Below, in pieces: positions 53,200 through 60,852 of a stretch of DNA of 64,000 nt. The position numbers and the translations under genes were made by a program. The first letter of the stretch is position 1; every line of letters starts with the position of its first letter. Origin of the DNA: Candidatus Bathyarchaeota archaeon (GTDB taxonomy: Archaea > Thermoproteota > Bathyarchaeia > TCS64). The stretch lies in assembly GCA_041304325.1 (NCBI GenBank), contig JBFYNP010000071.1, positions 6,444 to 70,443 on the forward strand. The letters run 5' to 3'. The notes under the pieces were generated by a model that was not told the DNA's origin, searched no databases, and was given only the letters and a program-made list of their open reading frames with translations.

Positions 53200-53718
53200 A
53201 TGCAGACGAGAACAACCGTTTTGATCAGAACAGAGTTGGGGGAAATCAAAGCCGAGATATTCGAAAAAGAGGCTCCCATTACTGCTGCAAATTTTCTAAG
53301 GTATGTTGATGCTGGGTTGTATGATGGCACCAGTTTCTTTCGTGTCGTAACGATTGAGGAGTCTTTTCCAAATCAGGAAGTCCCAATTACCGTAGCTCAA
53401 TGTGGCCAGGTTGAAAAAGAGAAGCTGTTTCCGCCAATACAGCATGAGACGACTGAGGAGACGGGGCTTCGACACCTGAATGGAGCTCTCAGTATGGCTA
53501 GAATGAAGCCAGGTTCAGCCACCAGCAGCTTCAGTGTTATTCTAGGGTCTCAACCTGAGATGGATTATGGAGGAAAACGTCAGCCGGATGGACAAGGATT
53601 CGCGGTGTTCGGCTATGTAACTGAAGGTATAGATGTTGCTGAGAGGATACATTCTCAGCCTCGAGAAGGCCAACGTCTTAAACCCTCTATAAGGATCACC
53701 TCTATCACGCGGATCTAG
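53200..53718 (+). CDS. Cyclophilin-type peptidyl-prolyl cis-trans isomerase
   Basis: IRTELGEIKAEIFEKEAPITAANFLRYVDAGLYDGTSFFRVV, plus LSMARMKPGSATSSF and FAVFGYVTEGIDV. I use the ATG at 53200, because the listed TTG start at 53134 overlaps the upstream gene. Confidence 0.85.
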   Translation: MQTRTTVLIRTELGEIKAEIFEKEAPITAANFLRYVDAGLYDGTSFFRVVTIEESFPNQEVPITVAQCGQVEKEKLFPPIQHETTEETGLRHLNGALSMARMKPGSATSSFSVILGSQPEMDYGGKRQPDGQGFAVFGYVTEGIDVAERIHSQPREGQRLKPSIRITSITRI

Positions 53719-53751
53719 AATAATTTAGGCTGAGCAGGTGGTGGACACGTA

Positions 53752-54741
53752 ATGGGTGATTCCGAGTTTATGAACAGGTTGCTGAAGCGAATGCTAATGC
53801 TTCCGCCACTAGCAGGATACACTGACCGTCCATATCGTTCTGTATTAGCCGAGTTTAATCCACCCTTCATCTGCACGGAGATGATCAGCCCTTTCGCCAT
53901 TATTCACAAAAACCCCACGATTTTCAAGATGCTTGAAAAAGTTAAAGGAAGCCATATGAGCGGGGTTCAACTCATCGGCTCCGAAACTAAAGCAATGGCA
54001 GAAGCAGCGAAAATCATCGAGCAACTAGGCTACAACTATGTGGACATAAACATGGGCTGTTCAGTAAAGACGGTTATCGAAAGCGGAGGAGGCGTTGCCT
54101 TAATGAAGAACGAGGAGAAAGCCAATGATATAGTCTCGGCTATCACCTCGGCTGTAGAAATTCCGGTAACCTGCAAACTTCGCCTTGGAGCTACAAACAA
54201 CGCACGAAACGCAGTATCACTCGCTCGTCGACTCCAGAAAGCTGGAGTAACCGCTATCACTATTCACGGTCGAACGGGAGAAAAGAAGTTCGGTTTAAAA
54301 GTGGAGCCTGAAGGCATCAGAGAAGTCGTAGAATCTTTAGAAATCCCGGTAATAGCTAACGGAGGCGTCTTCTCAGGCGAAGATGCATCTGAGATGCTAC
54401 ATCTCACAGGAGCGGCTGCAGTAATGCCTGGGCGAGGAATAATAGGCAACCCCTGGATAATCCCTGAGATCGAAGCCGCATTCTCTGGCTCACACTATGA
54501 ACCGCCGACACTCTTAGAGAAGCGGAAGACATGTCTAACCCACCTTAACAGCATGATTAAACACTACGGTGAATTGAAGGGAGTCATTTCAATGAGGAGA
54601 ATCCTACCAAAGTATTTCTCAAAATGTATTAACCACACTTCCCTTGAGAGGAATATTCAATACTCTACATCCCTTACGGAGGTGACCAATTTGTTGGATC
54701 GACTTCAACAAAATGGGATACAAATCACGTATACAGGGTAA
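53752..54741 (+). CDS. dus: tRNA-dihydrouridine synthase (Dus family)
   Basis: Motifs are LPPLAGYTDRPYR, VDINMGCSVKTV..GGGVALM, PVTCKLRLG, ITIHGRT and PVIANGGV. Confidence 0.85.
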   Translation: MGDSEFMNRLLKRMLMLPPLAGYTDRPYRSVLAEFNPPFICTEMISPFAIIHKNPTIFKMLEKVKGSHMSGVQLIGSETKAMAEAAKIIEQLGYNYVDINMGCSVKTVIESGGGVALMKNEEKANDIVSAITSAVEIPVTCKLRLGATNNARNAVSLARRLQKAGVTAITIHGRTGEKKFGLKVEPEGIREVVESLEIPVIANGGVFSGEDASEMLHLTGAAAVMPGRGIIGNPWIIPEIEAAFSGSHYEPPTLLEKRKTCLTHLNSMIKHYGELKGVISMRRILPKYFSKCINHTSLERNIQYSTSLTEVTNLLDRLQQNGIQITYTG

Positions 54742-54753
54742 CGTAATTGATAT

Positions 54754-56037
54754 TTATTGTTCAAGTTTCTCAGGATCCTTAACTTTTAACCAAGCCCAGA
54801 GCCATGTTAAGACTAATCCACCACTCATAACATAGAAGGGGTACCTTGGATCAATCTGATACAGGTAACCACCTATTATCTGAGCAAGAGCTGAAGGAAT
54901 GAACAGAAGCATACCGCCTCCAAGCCCTGAGCCTCTGATATCTACAAAGAACATTCCTCCTCCTACAGCAGAGGTGACCCGCCCTCTACGTTCACGAGGT
55001 GTATAGTCAGCGAGAAGTGACTGAAATCCAGGCATTAAAAACGCGTTCACTAAAGCCATGAATACAACTAACATGGATAGCCCCACGGGATCACGGATCT
55101 GTAGGAAAATAATGGGCATAATTGGGGTTAGAATCAATGCTATCTTTAGAAGTCTGCTCCTTCCTAAACGATCAAGTATACGTCCAGAAGGATATGAGAA
55201 GATTAAACGAGAAACTCCGGATAGTGCTGAAGTTGAACCCCAAACTGTGGCAGTGAGACCCATAACCCCTGTCGCATACACGATCCAGAACGAACCCGCA
55301 ATACCGACGAAGAAGACTTTTAACATTTGAAGAATAGCGAGAACCTGTATCTGTTTAGGCATCCATCGAATAGTTTCAATGAAGCTTATGTAGGATTCTT
55401 TTAGCAGTTTAGGAATATTGAAGTAATCGATTTTCTCAGCTTTCATCTTCAAGGTCTCCTTTAGCTTGAACCATCTTAGTAGAGCGACTAGGAGTCCAGC
55501 TCCAAAGCCAATCATATAGGTGAGATTCATCGCTCTCATAATTCCAAGGGAGTCAACAAGGTAACCTCCCACGTATGGAGAAATTATGCCGAGCGCGGCT
55601 GGAATCGACATAGCGATGGCGAATCCTTGACTCCGTTTACCTGCCGCTATTGAATCTGCCTGTATTACAGTTAATATCGGTGAGTAGAAGAGCACGAGGT
55701 TCTGGAAAAAACTGGCTGCTGCAATTGTCTGCCAGTTCTGAGCATATGCAAAAGGAATGAAACTGAATGCGTAGAGGATGGTTGCAACACCTACGATCTT
55801 GACGCGTCCAACTTTATCAGCGATGTATCCACCTAACGGGTATAGAAAGAGACCTGCTATACTCGCAACAGAGTTCACAAATCCGATATCTGCAGGAGCA
55901 CCACCAAGCTGCTGAATGTAAAGAGGAAGATACGGACGAGGAATGTTGGTTGTAAACATCCATATACACTGACAGATAACCAACCAAAGTAGATTCCCTC
56001 GTAGGATTCCTATCCCCCACTCCTTCTCAGTCAACAA
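54754..56037 (-). CDS. MFS transporter
   Basis: 427 aa with about 12 TM segments. Loop motifs are GGYIADKVGRVK and GRILDRLGRSR. Confidence 0.75.
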   Translation of the reverse strand: MLTEKEWGIGILRGNLLWLVICQCIWMFTTNIPRPYLPLYIQQLGGAPADIGFVNSVASIAGLFLYPLGGYIADKVGRVKIVGVATILYAFSFIPFAYAQNWQTIAAASFFQNLVLFYSPILTVIQADSIAAGKRSQGFAIAMSIPAALGIISPYVGGYLVDSLGIMRAMNLTYMIGFGAGLLVALLRWFKLKETLKMKAEKIDYFNIPKLLKESYISFIETIRWMPKQIQVLAILQMLKVFFVGIAGSFWIVYATGVMGLTATVWGSTSALSGVSRLIFSYPSGRILDRLGRSRLLKIALILTPIMPIIFLQIRDPVGLSMLVVFMALVNAFLMPGFQSLLADYTPRERRGRVTSAVGGGMFFVDIRGSGLGGGMLLFIPSALAQIIGGYLYQIDPRYPFYVMSGGLVLTWLWAWLKVKDPEKLEQ

Positions 56038-56226
56038 AACCCCTGCTAAAAATTATTCTTTCAATTATTGAATACAAAAGATAGATTGCCAGATAAAGAT
56101 GATCACGATAATCACATCTCTCCCAGAACAAAAAAACATCAGATTAGTTTGATATTTGCAAAAGGCAATTTTCCAATAAGTTAAACTCGATCATCAATCA
56201 CAACTCACAATTGGGTGCTATAAAGT

Positions 56227-56312
56227 TGGTGCGGGGAGAGGGATTCGAACCCTCGAAAGCCTAAGCTAGGGGATCTTGAGTCCCGCCCCTTTGGCCACTT
56301 GGGGACCCCCGC
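56227..56312 (-). tRNA. tRNA-Leu (anticodon CAA), class II with long variable arm and genome-encoded 3' CCA
   Basis: The reverse complement reads GCGGGGGTCCCCAAGTGGCCAAAGGGGCGGGACTCAAGATCCCCTAGCTTAGGCTTTCGAGGGTTCGAATCCCTCTCCCCGCACCA. It has a 7-bp acceptor stem (one G-U) and a T arm GAGGG/TTCGAAT/CCCTC. The anticodon loop is CU-CAA-GA and the variable arm is AGC-TTAG-GCT. Confidence 0.85.
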
Positions 56313-56337
56313 CTAACGGGAAATATCCACCACACGG

Positions 56338-56344
56338 ATTAAAA
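56338..56344 (-). promoter_or_regulatory. Candidate TATA box (TTTTAAT) for the tRNA-Leu gene
   Basis: On the minus strand it lies at -26 to -32 relative to the mature tRNA 5' end (56312), which is the usual archaeal TATA position. Confidence 0.35.
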
Positions 56345-56496
56345 CCTATTCAACCATACTCAACACAAATAGTGAACAATGAACCCACTCAGGTTACATC
56401 CTCGCTCTGATCATAGCTACATTCTTGCACCAATTCGAAGCTACGACCTTAGACAACATTTTATCTCGACATGAACATAATCAAACATGAATACAC

Positions 56497-56958
56497 ATGC
56501 TCAGTAGAGATGAGACTGTTAACCTTGCTAAGAGATATGCTGAGGAAGGCTACCTCTGCTCTGAAGCTGTTTTACTCGCTCTCGCTGACTGCTTCGGCGT
56601 CGAATCTGAGATCATCCCAAAGATAGCCACTGGCTTCGGCGCAGGGATCGCTAGAAGCGGAGAGGTTTGTGGAGCTATAGTGGGCGCTATCATAGGGCTT
56701 GGACTCCTCTTTGGACGTAATACTACTTCTAGGCCAAATAACAGAGCCGTATACTGGTACGCTCGTTCTTTTACAGATGCTTTTAATAAAGAACATGGGT
56801 GTCTTCGTTGCTCAGACCTTCTTGGCCTTGATCTGAATAAAGACTATGAGGAGTATCAGAGAAATGGGTTATGGGTTAATCGTTGTAGAGGGATCATCGT
56901 ATCTGCTACAGGTATGGCCTATGACATCGCAATAGATGAGCTCAAAATAAACCGCTAA
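56497..56958 (+). CDS. C_GCAxxG_C_C-family redox-active protein
   Basis: GYLCSEAVLLALAD and GFGAGIARSGEVCGAIVGA (the GCAxxG-type motif), then CLRCSDLL and NRCRG. Confidence 0.8.
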   Translation: MLSRDETVNLAKRYAEEGYLCSEAVLLALADCFGVESEIIPKIATGFGAGIARSGEVCGAIVGAIIGLGLLFGRNTTSRPNNRAVYWYARSFTDAFNKEHGCLRCSDLLGLDLNKDYEEYQRNGLWVNRCRGIIVSATGMAYDIAIDELKINR

Positions 56959-56991
56959 GAATATTCGGTTTTAACCTAGGCTTAATTGTTT

Positions 56992-57246
56992 TCAGTTTTC
57001 GTTGATATAATCTTCCAAAGCATGCGCGAGTTGATCAGGACATGAAGTGCCCTTTCCATCACAGTCTATACCTCGCAACCGAGAAATTACTTCATTAATC
57101 TCCATACCCTCAACAAGTTTAGAGATTCCCAGGGAGTTCCCTTCGCACCCTCCAATAAACTCTACGTCCGATAGTTTCCCGTCGATGATGTTGAACTGTA
57201 TCTTCTCTGAACAAGTTCCACTAGTTTGATAGTCTCTTTTTTTCAA
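56992..57246 (-). CDS. TSCPD-domain small protein (TIGR03905-like)
   Basis: 84 aa. Motifs are GTCSEKIQF...DVEFIGGCEGNSLGISKLVEGM and GTSCPDQLAHAL. Confidence 0.7.
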   Translation of the reverse strand: MKKRDYQTSGTCSEKIQFNIIDGKLSDVEFIGGCEGNSLGISKLVEGMEINEVISRLRGIDCDGKGTSCPDQLAHALEDYINEN

Positions 57247-57570
57247 GGTTTCTCATCCGATTTTTTATAGCGAGTGATAATGTAGGCCTCGTTTTAACCC
57301 GTTTGGGAGATGCTCCTTAGAGTTGATGAATAAATGACCTCCTTTTTTTTGAAAGGAGACGAATATAATTTATAAAATAAATGCAATATTAGGCTTTATA
57401 GCATACCTTATTGCATTGATTCGACAAATGATACTACTAGAGCAAATCAGCTAATTTACTGAAAAGAGTAAAAACCCAATAAAAACCGACATTAAAGATA
57501 ACAGACATGATCAAATGCCGATGATAAGTCTATCCGATGAGGCTCATCACCTTAACTAGTGGTATAGTTT

Positions 57571-58197
57571 ATGGCAGGATCCTTCGGAAGCAATTGGGAG
57601 AGAAGAGACCAACCCGGCTTCGGTAGACAAGTTAAAGATGCGATGAACCCTCCAGCGCCATTAAAGCCGAGGATGGACAACGCAGTCAAACGGATAAAGA
57701 CGCAGATTCAAAGAATTGATCAGGAAGCCTTACGCTTCAATGAGCGTGATAAAGCCCTCTTCAAAAAGATTGTAGAAGCATATCAGGCCCATGACACTGT
57801 TCACGCAAATATATACGCCAACGAATTGGCAGAGATACGCAGAATGGCGAAGATGACTCTAAACGCACAGATGGCTCTGGAGCAAATAATGCTCAGGATA
57901 GAGACAGCCAGTGAGCTTGGAGACATCACCTACACTCTACTTCCAGTTCTCGGTGTAATGAGGGACATTAAAAACAGCATGTCCTCAGTTAACCCTCAGA
58001 TAGCAAAGGAGCTCGGTGATATCAGCAACCTCCTCAGCGGCCTAGTCATGGATGTTGGAGCTACATCGGGGATCAGTATGAACTTCCAGACAGCAAACGA
58101 GGACGCCCAGAAGATTGTCGAGGAGGCGGCTGTCGTTGTGGAGAAGAAGATGAAGGACACCTTCCCAGACTTACCTGATAAACAGGCCTTACGTTAG
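57571..58197 (+). CDS. cdvB: ESCRT-III (Snf7/CdvB-like) protein
   Basis: NWERRDQPGFGRQVKDAMNPPAPLKPRMDNAVKRIKTQIQRIDQ...NERDKALFKKIVEAYQAHD...YANELAEIRRMAK closely follows the N-terminal pattern of thaumarchaeal-type CdvB proteins as I recall them. The whole protein is predicted helical. Confidence 0.65.
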   Translation: MAGSFGSNWERRDQPGFGRQVKDAMNPPAPLKPRMDNAVKRIKTQIQRIDQEALRFNERDKALFKKIVEAYQAHDTVHANIYANELAEIRRMAKMTLNAQMALEQIMLRIETASELGDITYTLLPVLGVMRDIKNSMSSVNPQIAKELGDISNLLSGLVMDVGATSGISMNFQTANEDAQKIVEEAAVVVEKKMKDTFPDLPDKQALR

Positions 58198-58310
58198 ATA
58201 GCAAACCTCACAATTAGACGAGCTGAACAAAAAGCTCGTTGAACCTTATCTACATAAAATACTTGTGAGAACCGTTTTATTATGAAACAGTGGATAACAA
58301 AGCGAACTCG

Positions 58311-58988
58311 ATGAAGGTCTCGATTAGTCTAGGAGGAAGCCTCCTTACGCGAAGCGGAGATGCTGAATCCTACAACAGATACGCAACTGCACTAAAAAAG
58401 ATCCATAATGAAGGGCATATCATAGTTGTCGTCTGCGGAGGAGGTCGCCCAGCTCGACAGTACATCAACCTTAGTAAGGAGCTCGGTGCGTCGCGGAACA
58501 TCCAGGATCGTCTCGGTATAATAACCACGCATCTGAACGCCACTCTCCTTATCGCTGCTCTAGGCGACGCTGCGGACCAACACCTCTATCGCCGAAGCAC
58601 CGAGGTAAAATCTCACCTTAAAGACAAGATAATCGTTGGCGGAGGACATGCTCCAGGTAGCAGTACAGATTACAGAGCCGCCCTCTTCGCTGGTGCAATA
58701 AATGCGGACCTAATCGTCAATGCCACAGATTACCCTGGAGTTTTTGATAAAGACCCGCGAAAGTACCAAGATGCGAAGAAATACGACACCCTCAGCTACA
58801 GGGATCTAGAGAAAATAATTAAAACCCGCTTTAAACAGGACCCAGGAGATTATGGCCTCTTTGACCTTAAAGCTCTTCATTTCACAGCCCGGAGACGGAT
58901 CCCTGTAGCAATAATTGATGGACGAGACCCAGAGGAGATCATTCGAACGGTTCAGGGTAAAAATAACGGTACCCTGATAACCTCCTAA
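58311..58988 (+). CDS. pyrH: UMP kinase, archaeal type
   Basis: Motifs are MKVSISLGGSLL, VVCGGGRPAR, VGGGHAPGSSTD and GVFDKDPRKY. I use the ATG at 58311. The listed GTG at 58290 adds 7 residues. Confidence 0.85.
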   Translation: MKVSISLGGSLLTRSGDAESYNRYATALKKIHNEGHIIVVVCGGGRPARQYINLSKELGASRNIQDRLGIITTHLNATLLIAALGDAADQHLYRRSTEVKSHLKDKIIVGGGHAPGSSTDYRAALFAGAINADLIVNATDYPGVFDKDPRKYQDAKKYDTLSYRDLEKIIKTRFKQDPGDYGLFDLKALHFTARRRIPVAIIDGRDPEEIIRTVQGKNNGTLITS

Positions 58989-59041
58989 AGGTAACATATA
59001 TATGGAATCAACTCCATTTTCAGGCGTTTAGGTGAAGAGTC

Positions 59042-60292
59042 ATGAGCGGTAACGTGCCACTGGATCGTCTACGTGCCCAGAGAATGCTGGAGCAGCTTGA
59101 GGCTCTTCAAGGGCGTGGTACCGAGCTTGTATCTGTTTATGTTCCACCCGGTAAACAGGTTTCGGAGGTTATGAATGACCTACGCAATGAGTTTGGAACA
59201 GCGGTTAACATCAAATCCAAGACTACGCGTAAGAACGTTCAGGATGCCCTCACCAAGGTCATGGAACGTCTGAAATTATTCAAGAGTATCCCTCCAAACG
59301 GCGTTGCAGTATTCGCTGGGAGCATCGCCAGTGACCAGCTCGGCGTAGGAGACATGCAGACATTCGTGATCAGCCCCCCTGAGCCTATCTCTATCTACTA
59401 CTACCGATGCGAGCACCAGTTTATGCTCGAACCCCTCTTCAATATGTTAGCAGCTAAAGAGGTGTATGGTCTGGTCGTTTTGGACAGCAAAGACGCAGCC
59501 TTTGGGACCCTTAAAGGTAATCGAACAGACATCATCAAGACATATAGTAGTGGAGTTGCAGGTAAGACTAGAGCTGGAGGCCAGTCTAGCCGTCGCTACG
59601 AGCGCATCCGAGATATGTTAGTGAACGAATGGTATGTTCGAGTTGGCGAGTACTTCACAGAACATTTCCTCAACATGCCATACCTAAAAGGAATAGTACT
59701 CGGAGGCCCAGGCCCAACAAAAGAGGACTTCATTAACGGTGAACATCTTCACTACCAGTTAAAAGACAAGATTCTCGGCCCAATTGACACAGGGTACACT
59801 GGACATGAGGGTATCAAGGAGCTTGTAAATAGGAGTCGAGATATTCTCAAGAACGCTAGATACTATGAGGAGAGGCGAATCATCACAGAGTTCATGAAGC
59901 ACCTGGGCGAGGATGATGGAAACGCAGCTTATGGTGAGCAGGAGATCCTACAGGCCTTAAAAAGCCAGAATGTTCAAACGCTTATCATCAGCGAAGAGGT
60001 CCGCAGAACCATATTCCGACTTAAATGCAAAGCCTGTGGCGCGGTAGAAAACAAGATCATAGATAATATTGAACTCGTTGAATTCGAGTCAAAGCTCGGC
60101 GAATTGAAATGCAGTAAATGTGGTGGAGACGTCGAAGTGCTTGAGAGGACGGACCTTATCGAGTATCTCGTGGAGCAAGCGGTCAAGTCGAAAACACCTT
60201 TTGAACTTGTCACAAGCCATACTGAGGAAGGCGAGATGCTCAGCAGAGCTTTCGGCGGTATCGCCGCAATTACGAATTACCGTCAGTTTTAA
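59042..60292 (+). CDS. prf1: Peptide chain release factor aRF1
   Basis: The NIKS motif is TAVNIKSKTTRKN and the GGQ motif is TRAGGQSSRRYERIR. The C-terminal zinc-ribbon insert is CKACG...CSKCGG. Confidence 0.95.
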   Translation: MSGNVPLDRLRAQRMLEQLEALQGRGTELVSVYVPPGKQVSEVMNDLRNEFGTAVNIKSKTTRKNVQDALTKVMERLKLFKSIPPNGVAVFAGSIASDQLGVGDMQTFVISPPEPISIYYYRCEHQFMLEPLFNMLAAKEVYGLVVLDSKDAAFGTLKGNRTDIIKTYSSGVAGKTRAGGQSSRRYERIRDMLVNEWYVRVGEYFTEHFLNMPYLKGIVLGGPGPTKEDFINGEHLHYQLKDKILGPIDTGYTGHEGIKELVNRSRDILKNARYYEERRIITEFMKHLGEDDGNAAYGEQEILQALKSQNVQTLIISEEVRRTIFRLKCKACGAVENKIIDNIELVEFESKLGELKCSKCGGDVEVLERTDLIEYLVEQAVKSKTPFELVTSHTEEGEMLSRAFGGIAAITNYRQF

Positions 60293-60798
60293 CGTTTGAG
60301 CTTCTTATGGATCAGAGGGTCAACACCGCTCCAGTCTTTATGTTTTTTAAAGGAAGCCTGATCCTGCTCGGTAGTTGGGACGGTTGCGAATCCACACTCA
60401 TCATCACCGAAAATCATGCATTTTGTATGAATCATCTTCTTAGATGGATCAGTAGCCATAGTTTTCGCGGGATCAATTAGACAGTATAATGCTCCAAGTT
60501 CTGGCTCCCCTAGCTCGAGCATTACTTTTCCCAACTCGCATAATTGTGGCTTTCCCTCGCGACGCTCCCAGAACCCGTACTTGGGTAATCCTTGGTAGCC
60601 TTTCTGGGCTCTATCCGAAACGAGTTCACCGTATCGTTTTATTGAGTCAAGGATGACCTGTTTTCCTTTATCCCAACCGTATTCATCGATAAGCGTCTTC
60701 GCGTAAGCGATGTGTAGCAGAGCGAGGCGCTGGGTAACGACTTTAACCTCGTTCTCTGCTTCTCTAAGTGGAACCATCTCTTCATCCATGTAGATCAA
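60289..60798 (-). CDS. L-2-amino-thiazoline-4-carboxylic acid hydrolase-like (ATC-hydrolase family) small protein
   Basis: The C-terminal pattern is ALYCLIDPAKTMATDPSKKMIHTKCMIFGDDECGFATVP. The family call is from motif memory only. Confidence 0.45.
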   Translation of the reverse strand: MIYMDEEMVPLREAENEVKVVTQRLALLHIAYAKTLIDEYGWDKGKQVILDSIKRYGELVSDRAQKGYQGLPKYGFWERREGKPQLCELGKVMLELGEPELGALYCLIDPAKTMATDPSKKMIHTKCMIFGDDECGFATVPTTEQDQASFKKHKDWSGVDPLIHKKLKR

Positions 60799-60852
60799 TA
60801 TGAAGAGTACTACGTGGTATGTGTATTTGCCTACAAAGAAAGTGGGTATATG

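Noticed and set aside
57264-57358. Possible small RNA. A TATA-like TTTTTTATAG (57264-57273) is followed by a TGATGA at ~57323. A 7-bp hairpin follows (CTCCTTT / AAAGGAG, 57339-57358) whose loop holds most of the T8 run.
   Set aside because: No D box (CTGA) or H/ACA features could be found, and the hairpin is made largely of the T/A run itself. The evidence is insufficient without expression or covariation data.
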